64,000 nt of DNA, taken from assembly GCA_051362555.1 (NCBI GenBank), contig CM120641.1:22946401-23010400 (forward strand), given 5' to 3'. This DNA comes from Lingula anatina (taxonomy: Eukaryota > Animalia > Brachiopoda). A model generated the notes under the pieces. That model did not search any database. It was not told where the DNA came from and saw only the letters and a program-made list of their open reading frames with translations. Position numbers and translations under genes: made by a program. Shown one piece after another: positions 1 to 14,069 of the stretch. Each line of letters opens with the position of its first letter. Position 1 is the stretch's first letter.

Positions 1-3000
1 AGGGGGGGTGGAGAGAGTTTTTGCTCTATTTCTTCCTAAATAATGACACAATCACTCTTCCAGCACTTTACCCTCACTACAAATGACCAAACACACCTAC
101 CTGACACAATATTGAAGAAAAAAATTTTTCATCCCTACCTGGCCAAAATTGAAGAAAACTGCCATATCCGGACCTTACGAAAATCTCTCAAAATCACCCA
201 AAAATGACCCGTCACCAATTTTTCCAAAAAGTGATGAAAATTAATTTACCACACCTGACATTCATAAAAAATGTGGAAACGCGCCCGGGTCACTTCATTA
301 AAGCCCCCAATTTCAGCTTTAAAGATTGCCAGAAAGCACACCTGAGAACAGGATTTGGAGAGAGGGGGGGTGGAGAGAGTTTTTGCTCTATTTCTTCCTA
401 AATAATGACACAATCACTCTTCCAGCACTTTACCCTCACTACAAATGACCAAACACACCTACCTGACACAATATTGAAGAAAAAAATTTTTCATCCCTAC
501 CTGGCCAAAATTGAAGAAAACTGCCATATCCGGACCTTACGAAAATCTCTCAAAATCACCCAAAAATGACCCGTCACCAATTTTTCCAAAAAGTGATGAA
601 AATTAATTTACCACACCTGACATTCATAAAAAAATGTGGAAACAAGCCCGGGTCACTTCATTAAAGCCCCCAATTTCAGCTTTAAAGATTGCCAGAAAGC
701 ACACCTGAAAACAGGATTTGGAGAGAGGGGGGGTGGAGAGAGTTTTTGCTCTATTTCTTCCTAAATAATGACACAATCACTCTTCCAGCACTTTACCCTC
801 ACTACAAATGACCAAACACACCTACCTGACACAATATTGAAGAAAAAAATTTTTCATCCCTACCTGGCCAAAATTGAAGAAAACTGCCATATCCGGACCT
901 TACGAAAATCTCTCAAAATCACCCAAAAATGACCCGTCACCAATTTTTCCAAAAAGTGATGAAAATTAATTTACCACACCTGACATTCATAAAAAATGTG
1001 GAAACGCGCCCGGGTCACTTCATTAAAGCCCCCAATTTCAGCTTTAAAGATTGCCAGAAAGCACACCTGAGAACAGGATTTGGAGAGAGGGGGGGTGGAG
1101 AGAGTTTTTGCTCTATTTCTTCCTAAATAATGACACAATCACTCTTCCAGCACTTTACCCTCACTACAAATGACCAAACACACCTACCTGACACAATATT
1201 GAAGAAAAAAATTTATCCCTACCTGGCCAAAATTGAAGAAAACTGCCATATCCGGACCTTACGAAAATCACTCAAAATCACCCAAAAATGACCCGTCAAA
1301 AATTTTTCCAAAAAGTGATGAAAATCAATTTACCACACCTGACATTCATAAAAATTGTGGAAACGCGCCCGGGTCACTTCATTAAAGCCCCCAATTTCAG
1401 CTTTAAAGATTGCCAGAAAGCACACCTGAGAACAGGATTTGGAGAGGGGGGGGGTGGAGAGAGTTTTTGCTCTATTTCTTCCTTAATAATGACACAACCA
1501 CTCTTCCAGTACTTTATCCTCACTACAAATGACCAAACACACCTACCTGACACAATATTGAAGAAAAAAATTTTTCATCCCTACCTGGCCAAAATTGAAG
1601 AAAACTGCCATATCCGGACCTTACGAAAATCACTCAAAATCACCCAAAAATGACCCGTCAAAAATTTTTCCAAAAAGTGATGAAAATCAATTTACCACAC
1701 CTGACATTCATAAAAAATGTGGAAACGCGCCCGGGTCACTTCATTAAAGCCCCCAATTTCAGCTTTAAAGATTGCCAGAAAGCACACCTGAGAACAGGAT
1801 TTGGAGAGGGGGGGGGTGGAGAGAGTTTTTGCTCTATTTCTTCCTTAATAATGACACAACCACTCTTCCAGTACTTTATCCTCACTACAAATGACCAAAC
1901 ACACCTACCTGACACAATATTGAAGAAAAAAATTTTTCATCCCTACCTGGCCAAAATTGAAGAAAACTGCCATATCCGGACCTTACGAAAATCACTCAAA
2001 ATCACCCAAAAATGACCCGTCAAAAATTTTTCCAAAAAGTGATGAAAATCAATTTACCACACCTGACATTCATAAAAAATGTGGAAACGCGCCCGGGTCA
2101 CTTCATTAAAGCCCCCAATTTCAGCTTTAAAGATTGCCAGAAAGCACACCTGAGAACAGGATTTGGAGAGGGGGGGGGTGGAGAGAGTTTTTGCTCTATT
2201 TCTTCCTTAATAATGACACAACCACTCTTCCAGTACTTTATCCTCACTACAAATGACCAAACACACCTACCTGACACAATATTGAAGAAAAAAATTTTTC
2301 ATCCCTACCTGGCCAAAATTGAAGAAAACTGCCATATCCGGACCTTACGAAAATCACTCAAAATCACCCAAAAATGACCCGTCAAAAATTTTTCCAAAAA
2401 GTGATGAAAATCAATTTACCACACCTGACATTCATAAAAAATGTGGAAACGCGCCCGGGTCACTTCATTAAAGCCCCCAATTTCAGCTTTAAAGATTGCC
2501 AGAAAGCACACCTGAGAACAGGATTTGGAGAGGGGGGGGGGTGGAGAGAGTTTTTGCTCTATTTCTTCCTTAATAATGTCACAACCACTCTTCCAGTACT
2601 TTATCCTCACTACAAATGACCAAACACACCTACCTGACACAATATTGAAGAAAAAAATTTTTCATCCCTACCTGGCCAAAATTGAAGAAAACTGCCATAT
2701 CCGGACCTTACGAAAATCACTCAAAATCACCCAAAAATGACCCGTCAAAAATTTTTCCAAAAAGTGATGAAAATCAATTTACCACACCTGACATTCATAA
2801 AAAATGTGGAAACGCGCCCGGGTCACTTCATTAAAGCCCCCAATTTCAGCTTTAAAGATTGCCAGAAAGCACACCTGAGAACAGGATTTGGAGAGGGGGG
2901 GGTGGAGAGAGTTTTTGCTCTATTTCTTCCTTAATAATGACACAACCACTCTTCCAGTACTTTATCCTCACTACAAATGACCAAACACACCTACCTGACA

Positions 3001-6000
3001 CAATATTGAAGAAAAAAATTTTTCATCCCTACCTGGCCAAAACTGAAGAAAACTGCCATATCCGGACCTTACGAAAATCACTCAAAATCACCCAAAAATG
3101 ACCCGTCAAAAATTTTTCCAAAAAGTGATGAAAATCAATTTACCACACCTGACATTCATAAAAAATGTGGAAACGCGCCCGGGTCACTTCATTAAAGCCC
3201 CCAATTTCAGCTTTAAAGATTGCCAGAAAGCACACCTGAGAACAGGATTTGGAGAGGGGGGGGTGGAGAGAGTTTTTGCTCTATTTCTTCCTTAATAATG
3301 ACACAACCACTCTTCCAGTACTTTATCCTCACTACAAATGACCAAACACACCTACCTGACACAATATTGAAGAAAAAAATTTTTCATCCCTACCTGGCCA
3401 AAATTGAAGAAAACTGCCATATCCGGACCTTACGAAAATCACTCAAAATCACCCAAAAATGACCCGACAAAAATTTTTCCAAAAAGTGATGAAAATCAAT
3501 TTACCACACCTGACATTCATAAAAAATGTGGAAACGCGCCCGGGTCACTTCATTAAAGCCCCCAATTTCAGCTTTAAAGATTGCCAGAAAGCACACCTGA
3601 GAACAGGATTTGGAGAGGGGGGGGTGGAGAGAGTTTTTGCTCTATTTCTTCCTTAATAATGACACAACCACTCTTCCAGTACTTTATCCTCACTACAAAT
3701 GACCAAACACACCTACCTGACACAATATTGAAGAAAAAAATTTTTCATCCCTACCTGGCCAAAATTGAAGAAAACTGCCATATCCGGACCTTACGAAAAT
3801 CACTCAAAATCACCCAAAAATGACCCGTCAAAAATTTTTCCAATGGTGATGAAAATCAATTTACCACACCTGACATTCATAAAAAATGTGGAAACGCGCC
3901 CGGGTCACTTCATTAAAGCCCCCAATTTCAGCTTTAAAGATTGCCAGAAAGCACACCTGAGAACAGGATTTGGAGAGGGGGGGGTGGAGAGAGTTTTTGC
4001 TCTATTTCTTCCTTAATAATGACACAACCACTCTTCCAGTACTTTATCCTCACTACAAATGACCAAACACACCTACCTGACACAATATTGAAGAAAAAAA
4101 TTTTTCATCCCTACCTGGCCAAAATTGAAGAAAACTGCCATATCCGGACCTTACGAAAATCACTCAAAATCACCCAAAAATGACCCGACAAAAATTTTTC
4201 CAAAAAGTGATGAAAATCAATTTACCACACCTGACATTCATAAAAAATGTGGAAACGCGCCCGGGTCACTTCATTAAAGCCCCCAATTTCAGCTTTAAAG
4301 ATTGCCAGAAAGCACACCTGAGAACAGGATTTGGAGAGGGGGGGGGTGGAGAGAGTTTTTGCTCTATTTCTTCCTTAATAATGACACAACCACTCTTCCA
4401 GTACTTTATCCTCACTACAAATGACCAAACACACCTACCTGACACAATATTGAAGAAAAAAATTTTTCATCCCTACCTGGCCAAAATTGAAGAAAACTGC
4501 CATATCCGGACCTTACGAAAATCACTCAAAATCACCCAAAAATGACCCGTCAAAAATTTTTCCAAAAAGTGATGAAAATCAATTTACCACACCTGACATT
4601 CATAAAAAATGTGGAAACGCGCCCGGGTCACTTCATTAAAGCCCCCAATTTCAGCTTTAAAGATTGCCAGAAAGCACACCTGAGAACAGGATTTGGAGAG
4701 GGGGGGGGGTGGAGAGAGTTTTTGCTCTATTTCTTCCTTAATAATGACACAACCACTCTTCCAGTACTTTATCCTCACTACAAATGACCAAACACACCTA
4801 CCTGACACAATATTGAAGAAAAAAATTTTTCATCCCTACCTGGCCAAAATTGAAGAAAACTGCCATATCCGGACCTTACGAAAATCACTCAAAATCACCC
4901 AAAAATGACCCGTCAAAAATTTTTCCAAAAAGTGATGAAAATCAATTTACCACACCTGACATTCATAAAAAATGTGGAAACGCGCCCGGGTCACTTCATT
5001 AAAGCCCCCAATTTCAGCTTTAAAGATTGCCAGAAAGCACACCTGAGAACAGGATTTGGAGAGGGGGGGGTGGAGAGAGTTTTTGCTCTATTTCTTCCTT
5101 AATAATGACACAACCACTCTTCCAGTACTTTATCCTCACTACAAATGACCAAACACACCTACCTGACACAATATTGAAGAAAAAAATTTTTCATCCCTAC
5201 CTGGCCAAAATTGAAGAAAACTGCCATATCCGGACCTTACGAAAATCACTCAAAATCACCCAAAAATGACCCGTCAAAAATTTTTCCAATGGTGATGAAA
5301 ATCAATTTACCACACCTGACATTCATAAAAAATGTGGAAACGCGCCCGGGTCACTTCATTAAAGCCCCCAATTTCAGCTTTAAAGATTGCCAGAAAGCAC
5401 ACCTGAGAACAGGATTTGGAGAGGGGGGGGTGGAGAGAGTTTTTGCTCTATTTCTTCCTTAATAATGACACAACCACTCTTCCAGTACTTTATCCTCACT
5501 ACAAATGACCAAACACACCTACCTGACACAATATTGAAGAAAAAAATTTTTCATCCCTACCTGGCCAAAATTGAAGAAAACTGCCATATCCGGACCTTAC
5601 GAAAATCACTCAAAATCACCCAAAAATGACCCGACAAAAATTTTTCCAAAAAGTGATGAAAATCAATTTACCACACCTGACATTCATAAAAAATGTGGAA
5701 ACGCGCCCGGGTCACTTCATTAAAGCCCCCAATTTCAGCTTTAAAGATTGCCAGAAAGCACACCTGAGAACAGGATTTGGAGAGGGGGGGGTGGAGAGAG
5801 TTTTTGCTCTATTTCTTCCTTAATAATGACACAACCACTCTTCCAGTACTTTATCCTCACTACAAATGACCAAACACACCTACCTGACACAATATTGAAG
5901 AAAAAAATTTTTCATCCCTACCTGGCCAAAATTGAAGAAAACTGCCATATCCGGACCTTACGAAAATCACTCAAAATCACCCAAAAATGACCCGACAAAA

Positions 6001-9000
6001 ATTTTTCCAAAAAGTGATGAAAATCAATTTACCACACCTGACATTCATAAAAAATGTGGAAACGCGCCCGGGTCACTTCATTAAAGCCCCCAATTTCAGC
6101 TTTAAAGATTGCCAGAAAGCACACCTAAGAACAGGATTTGGAGAGGGGGGGGTGGAGAGAGTTTTTGCTCTATTTCTTCCTTAATAATGACACAACCACT
6201 CTTCCAGTACTTTATCCTCACTACAAATGACCAAACACACCTACCTGACACAATATTGAAGAAAAAAATTTTTCATCCCTACCTGGCCAAAATTGAAGAA
6301 AACTGCCATATCCGGACCTTACGAAAATCACTCAAAATCACCCAAAAATGACCCGTCAAAAATTTTTCCAAAAAGTGATGAAAATCAATTTACCACACCT
6401 GACATTCATAAAAAATGTGGAAACGCACCCGGGTCACTTCATTAAAGCCCCCAATTTCAGCTTTAAAGATTGCCAGAAAGCACACCTGAGAACAGGATTT
6501 AGAGAGGGGGGGGGGTGGAGAGAGTTTTTGCTCTATTTCTTCCTTAATAATGACACAACCACTCTTCCAGTACTTTATCCTCACTACAAATGACCAAACA
6601 CACCTACCTGACACAATATTGAAGAAAAAAATTTTTCATCCCTACCTGGCCAAAATTGAAGAAAACTGCCATATCCGGACCTTACGAAAATCACTCAAAA
6701 TCACCCAAAAATGACCCGTCAAAAATTTTTCCAAAAAGTGATGAAAATCAATTTACCACACCTGACATTCATAAAAAATGTGGAAACGCGCCCGGGTCAC
6801 TTCATTAAAGCCCCCAATTTCAGCTTTAAAGATTGCCAGAAAGCACACCTGAGAACAGGATTTGGAGAGGGGGGGGGTGGAGAGAGTTTTTGCTCTATTT
6901 CTTCCTTAATAATGACACAACCACTCTTCCAGTACTTTATCCTCACTACAAATGACCAAACACACCTACCTGACACAATATTGAAGAAAAAAATTTTTCA
7001 TCCCTACCTGGCCAAAATTGAAGAAAACTGCCATATCCGGACCTTACGAAAATCACTCAAAATCACCCAAAAATGACCCGTCAAAAATTTTTCCAAAAAG
7101 TGATGAAAATCAATTTACCACACCTTACATTCATAAAAAATGTGGAAACGCGCCCGGGTCACTTCATTAAAGCCCCCAATTTCAGCTTTAAAGATTGCCA
7201 GAAAGCACACCTGAGAACAGGATTTGGAGAGGGGGGGGTGGAGAGAGTTTTTGCTCTATTTCTTCCTTAATAATGACACAACCACTCTTCCAGTACTTTA
7301 TCCTCACTACAAATGACCAAACACACCTACCTGACACAATATTGAAGAAAAAAATTTTTCATCCCTACCTGGCCAAAATTGAAGAAAACTGCCATATCCG
7401 GACCTTACGAAAATCACTCAAAATCACCCAAAAATGACCCGTCAAAAATTTTTCCAATGGTGATGAAAATCAATTTACCACACCTGACATTCATAAAAAA
7501 TGTGGAAACGCGCCCGGGTCACTTCATTAAAGCCCCCAATTTCAGCTTTAAAGATTGCCAGAAAGCACACCTGAGAACAGGATTTGGAGAGGGGGGGGTG
7601 GAGAGAGTTTTTGCTCTATTTCTTCCTTAATAATGACACAACCACTCTTCCAGTACTTTATCCTCACTACAAATGACCAAACACACCTACCTGACACAAT
7701 ATTGAAGAAAAAAATTTTTCATCCCTACCTGGCCAAAATTGAAGAAAACTGCCATATCCGGACCTTACGAAAATCACTCAAAATCACCCAAAAATGACCC
7801 GTCAAAAATTTTTCCAAAAAGTGATGAAAATCAATTTACCACACCTGACATTCATAAAAAATGTGGAAACGCGCCCGGGTCACTTCATTAAAGCCCCCAA
7901 TTTCAGCTTTAAAGATTGCCAGAAAGCACACCTGAGAACAGGATTTGGAGAGGGGGGGGTGGAGAGAGTTTTTGCTCTATTTCTTCCTTAATAATGACAC
8001 AACCACTCTTCCAGTACTTTATCCTCACTACAAATGACCAAACACACCTACCTGACACAATATTGAAGAAAAAAATTTTTCATCCCTACCTGGCCAAAAT
8101 TGAAGAAAACTGCCATATCCGGACCTTACGAAAATCACTCAAAATCACCCAAAAATGACCCGTCAAAAATTTTTCCAAAAAGTGATGAAAATCAATTTAC
8201 CACACCTGACATTCATAAAAAATGTGGAAACGCACCCGGGTCACTTCATTAAAGCCCCCAATTTCAGCTTTAAAGATTGCCAGAAAGCACACCTGAGAAC
8301 AGGATTTGGAGAGGGGGGGGTGGAGAGAGTTTTTGCTCTATTTCTTCCTTAATAATGACACAACCACTCTTCCAGTACTTTATCCTCACTACAAATGACC
8401 AAACACACCTACCTGACACAATATTGAAGAAAAAAATTTTTCATCCCTACCTGGCCAAAATTGAAGAAAACTGCCATATCCGGACCTTACGAAAATCACT
8501 CAAAATCACCCAAAAATGACCCGTCAAAAATTTTTCCAAAAAGTGATGAAAATCAATTTACCACACCTGACATTCATAAAAAATGTGGAAACGCGCCCGG
8601 GTCACTTCATTAAAGCCCCCAATTTCAGCTTTAAAGATTGCCAGAAAGCACACCTGAGAACAGGATTTGGAGAGGGGGGGGGTGGAGAGAGTTTTTGCTC
8701 TATTTCTTCCTTAATAATGACACAACCACTCTTCCAGTACTTTATCCTCACTACAAATGACCAAACACACCTACCTGACACAATATTGAAGAAAAAAATT
8801 TTTCATCCCTACCTGGCCAAAATTGAAGAAAACTGCCATATCCGGACCTTACGAAAATCACTCAAAATCACCCAAAAATGACCCGTCAAAAATTTTTCCA
8901 AAAAGTGATGAAAATCAATTTACCACACCTGACATTCATAAAAAATGTGGAAACGCGCCCGGGTCACTTCATTAAAGCCCCCAATTTCAGCTTTAAAGAT

Positions 9001-11084
9001 TGCCAGAAAGCACACCTGAGAACAGGATTTGGAGAGGGGGGGGTGGAGACAGTTTTTGCTCTATTTCTTCCTTAATAATGACACAACCACTCTTCCAGTA
9101 CTTTATCCTCACTACAAATGACCAAACACACCTACCTGACACAATATTGAAGAAAAAATTTTTTCATCCCTACCTGGCCAAAATTGAAGAAAACTGCCAT
9201 ATCCGGACCTTACGAAAATCACTCAAAATCACCCAAAAATGATCCGTCAAAAATTTTTCCAAAAAGTGATGAAAATCAATTTACCACACCTGACATTCAT
9301 AAAAAATGTGGAAACGCGCCCGGGTCACTTCATTAAAGCCCCCAATTTCAGCTTTAAAGATTGCCAGAAAGCACACCTGAGAACAGGATTTGGAGAGGGA
9401 GGGGTGGAGAGAGTTTTTGCTCTATTTCTTCCTTAATAATGACACAACCACTCTTCCAGTACTTTATCCTCACTACAAATGACCAAACACACCTACCTGA
9501 CACAATATTGAAGAAAAAAATTTTTCATCCCTACCTGGCCAAAATTGAAGAAAACTGCCATATCCGGACCTTACGAAAATCACTCAAAATCACCCAAAAA
9601 TGACCCGTCAAAAATTTTTCCAAAAAGTGATGAAAATCAATTTACCACACCTGACATTCATAAAAAATGTGGAAACGCGCCCGGGTCACTTCATTAAAGC
9701 CCCCAATTTCAGCTTTAAAGATTGCCAGAAAGCACACCTGAGAACAGGATTTGGAGAGGGGGGGGTGGAGAGAGTTTTTGCTCTATTTCTTCCTTAATAA
9801 TGACACAACCACTCTTCCAGTACTTTATCCTCACTACAAATGACCAAACACACCTACCTGACACAATATTGAAGAAAAAAATTTTTCATCCCTACCTGGC
9901 CAAAATTGAAGAAAACTGCCATATCCGGACCTTACGAAAATCACTCAAAATCACCCAAAAATGACCCGTCAAAAATTTTTCCAATGGTGATGAAAATCAA
10001 TTTACCACACCTGACATTCATAAAAAATGTGGAAACGCGCCCGGGTCACTTCATTAAAGCCCCCAATTTCAGCTTTAAAGATTGCCAGAAAGCACACCTG
10101 AGAACAGGATTTGGAGAGGGGGGGGTGGAGAGAGTTTTTGCTCTATTTCTTCCTTAATAATGACACAACCACTCTTCCAGTACTTTATCCTCACTACAAA
10201 TGACCAAACACACCTACCTGACACAATATTGAAGAAAAAAATTTTTCATCCCTACCTGGCCAAAATTGAAGAAAACTGCCATATCCGGACCTTACGAAAA
10301 TCACTCAAAATCACCCAAAAATGACCCGACAAAAATTTTTCCAAAAAGTGATGAAAATCAATTTACCACACCTGACATTCATAAAAAATGTGGAAACGCG
10401 CCCGGGTCACTTCATTAAAGCCCCCAATTTCAGCTTTAAAGATTGCCAGAAAGCACACCTGAGAACAGGATTTGGAGAGGGGGGGGTGGAGAGAGTTTTT
10501 GCTCTATTTCTTCCTTAATAATGGCACAACCACTCTTCCAGTACTTTATCCTCACTACAAATGACCAAACACACCTACCTGACACAATATTGAAGAAAAA
10601 AATTTTTCATCCCTACCTGGCCAAAATTGAAGAAAACTGCCATATCCGGACCTTACGAAAATCACTCAAAATCACCCAAAAATGACCCGTCAAAAATTTT
10701 TCCAAAAAGTGATGAAAATCAATTTACCACACCTGACATTCATAAAAAATGTGGAAACGCGCCCGGGTCTCTTCATTAAAGCCCCCAATTTCAGCTTTAA
10801 AGATTGCCAGAAAGCACACCTGAGAACAGGATTTGGAGAGGGGGGGGTGGAGAGAGTTTTTGCTCTATTTCTTCCTTAATAATGACACAACCACTCTTCC
10901 AGTACTTTATCCTCACTACAAATGACCAATCACACCTACCTGACACAATATTGAAGAAAAAAATTTTTCATCCCTACCTGGCCAAAATTGAAGAAAACTG
11001 CCATATCCGGACCTTACGAAAATCACTCAAAATCACCCAAAAATGACCCGTCAAAAATTTTTCCAAAAAGTGATGAAAATCAAT
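1..11084. repeat. Tandem satellite DNA, 360-363 bp monomer, ~31 copies, runs off the left edge
   Basis: Unit 'atgacccgtca...aaatcacccaaaa' recurs at 204, 929, 1288, 1650, 2012, 2374, 2737 ... 10682, 11043. Length differences come mainly from a G-tract. The array stops mid-monomer at ...gaaaatcaat (11084). Confidence 0.98.
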
Positions 11085-12251
11085 CTATCCAATCACAGAC
11101 TGTTATAGGCGAATGAAGTGCTGTGAGAAAAATTAGTGATTTTTCTAGTTTTTTTCCCTGATATTTTTTAGTGTTGCTAGGTTTAATTTTGATGTCAGGG
11201 AGCAGGTTTGTTGCCATTTTTTTTTCTTTTGCAGGACCAGGCTCAGGTACTGTGCCGTGTTAGACCTCTGGCGGAGGGATCGACCTTCCGACTTTGAGCA
11301 GTGCAGTGGTTTGTTTACAAACAAGGGTGTGCACGTGTTCAAGTACTGCATGACGATATGAAAATTACCGGTAACCTTTTGCAGTATATTTTTGTGTCAT
11401 TGGCAGTTATGTCAGTGAGTCTGCTGTCTATAAGGTTACGAAATATTTCACCAAATTGCGGCCGTCAATGGGAATTTGAATTATTTGTCGATATAAAAGT
11501 ATTACAATATAAACTGATATTGTCGAAGCCATTTGCCCGTAGCTCCTTATATAGGCCTCACATTTCAGAATAAATCACATTTATGTTGCAGTGCTAATAC
11601 ATGTATTAACATTTAAAACACATTCTTAGTGCAACAATTATTTCTTGTAATTACAACGTTTAAAACATAACATGACAGATAAATGGTCTTAATAAATATC
11701 GTAAATAATAATAATAATAATAATAATAATAATCACCGTCTGCAGCCGCCACGCCCCGTTTGTGAGCTATCTTGACACAGTTTGAAATAACGCGGGTTCT
11801 CGAGTCAGATTCGAGATGTAAACAAACACATGAGTGAAGAGAGACCATGCATGTTAAGAGAACCTTAACAGGTAAGCAAGTTATATTCACTATGAGCAGT
11901 TTTCAGATACATGTAAGAAGGTACCACGTGGCGGGGAAACCAAAATGTCTGGTAGTTGAATGTAAATAGCGTAGCGTAATTGCTAACGTTTCGTCTTGTA
12001 ACGCGATGATTGGGTATTGCTATACAAAATGTACATACAGTATGTAGGCCTACTAGTTTAAGAACATGGTTACGCGCTATCTCACCTACTGAAATATTTA
12101 ATGTTTACTGGATACTGTAACTGAAATGCAGTTTTGTGACTCACAGTTTATTCGAAGAAGCCGAATAATCTAGTCTTTTCATGAAACACACAAAGATTTC
12201 AGGATCATGTTAGCCTTTGCTAATAACCCCTTATTTACTACCTTATATACA

Positions 12252-12677
12252 TTCTGTAAAGCGTATGACTCACTACGTGATTCCTTCAGAGGGCAGCTGT
12301 CAGATTTCCTACCCCTGGGCGACCTCAGCAATAATAAACTGTTTAATCTTCTTATGGGTGCCCAAGACATAGACATTCTTAGAATGGTTATGTGTTTTGT
12401 AAATAGATGCTTAAAACAAAGAGAACAGGCCCTCTATTAATGCATTGTACTCTCTCCAATGTACTCATTCTAATTCATCACCTTCATGTATAGATTGCCA
12501 TCATACATTCCTTATATAACTTATTATAAAGTAACTTATTGATATTATGCTACATGTAAACATTGAAATCATGTATATTTATATTTATTTATATACCTGT
12601 TTGTACTGTTGTAGTTAGATGTAATTGTCCTTGTCTTTGATTGTACCTTATTTGTAAAGGTGTATCAATAAAGAATC
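12252..12677 (+). mobile_element. LINE 3' end fragment (ORF2 C-terminus plus 3' UTR)
   Basis: Translates as CKAYDSLRDSFRGQL...MGAQDIDILRMVMCFVNRC. Homologous to the copies at 47517-48105 and 49767-50310, which also carry the CxxC..DEFH.LL.C motif. Ends gaaggtgtatcaataaagaatc-like. Confidence 0.7.
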
Positions 12678-13249
12678 CCATTCTTTTGGGTAACAGATAA
12701 ATCTCCAGTGTTCAGTGACTAAATTAATTGACATTTACACACTTGTCATCTTAAATACAGGTGATGTCATGATTGTGATTTTGGGCTAAAAATAAAAAAA
12801 AAAATTGGTATCTGAATGTTCACAAAACATGACAATTTTTTTTTTGCTAATACGAAGTTACATGAATAAGGAGCATTTTAATCTTTGTGTTTCTGGTTTT
12901 GTAACAGTATGTAGTGAAATAGAACTGTTTACTATACTGCATGTACTGTGCGGTATGTATTTGTGTACTATATGTTAAGCCGCATATATTGCTATGCACA
13001 TGAATATGAACAATAAAGTAGTGTATGGCGCGTTGTTTCAGACCCTTCATCATGGCTCCTTGTTTTATTTATTCAGGTTTGAAATGGTATGTGTACGGCA
13101 AATATGTGTATGGTGAGTGACATTATCTGGAAATTATTCCCACTTTCCTCGCATGTAAATAAGTTTTGTACAGACAGCTTGTCCAAAATATTCCATATTT
13201 ATATAAGTTGACAACTGCTGATTCCCTGTGATTAAAGAAAGTAGTTGCC

Positions 13250-13506
13250 ATTCCCAGATCCTATCATACTAACTATGGATCGATGTACATGTATCTCCAA
13301 GGGGATTCTAGCTAAATTGCAATCAACTTTAGCAGCCTTAGATGTCTGGCACGCGTAATGAAGCCGTTAGGGGGTAATTAACTACATGTATCATTTAGCA
13401 GCTTCAGTAGGCTTGCTAGATATCTAAGCTGCTTAAGCTGAAAGCAATTTAGCAAGAAACCTTTTGGCAATGGAATGAGCATGTTAGTTCGCTCTGGGTA
13501 TGGGAA
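13250..13506. repeat. Foldback/MITE-like element, copy 1
   Basis: Imperfect internal inverted symmetry (ttagatgtctggca / tgctagatatctaa; gctaaattgc / gcaatttagc), ending ggtatgggaa. Related copy at 14509-14719. Confidence 0.55.
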
Positions 13507-14069
13507 CCCAGTCTAGGTCACGAAATAAATATATGCATCAGCAGGACCATCACCATCATTATTCGGATATTGATTTATTCTTGGTTTCTTTCAGCTATAC
13601 TTTGCTCAGTTGAGGCTGACGTCCACTCCCAAGTTCATCCCTAATCCCAAATTAAGCAATGTTCAAAAATCTGGTTCAGAGTGAGTGAGTGTCTTTTGAT
13701 TGTGCTTAAATATCTGCACTAGATTTTATCAAACATATTATATGTATAAGGCTTGCTATGTATGCTTTTTATTTGATAATGGGAAACATATTTAGTTAAA
13801 CATCATTACATTAATTATAATTTTAAGGAAATAAACTTATTGCAAATGTGTTATTTAAGCTTTAATTAAATGGATTAATCTAAAAGTTTAACTTAATGGA
13901 TGTTTTGTTTATCAAGTGTAACCATGTCTAGGTATAATAAGAAGCAACGGCTGGAAGCAATGGTTCTTATGTTCAGGTTTTGACCCGTACGTAGCCCTAA
14001 ACCACAAAAGAGGAGAGCTGATAAAGAGGCAAAAAATCTGAAAATGTGAGAAGATGAGGATGTGTTGGA

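Noticed and set aside
204-11046. Dozens of 65-121 aa ORFs as a tandem gene family
   Set aside because: They are translations of satellite monomers, broken at random by G-tract length, with no recognisable domain.
1-11084. CRISPR-like array
   Set aside because: Whole units repeat with no unique spacers, there are no cas genes, and the context is eukaryotic.
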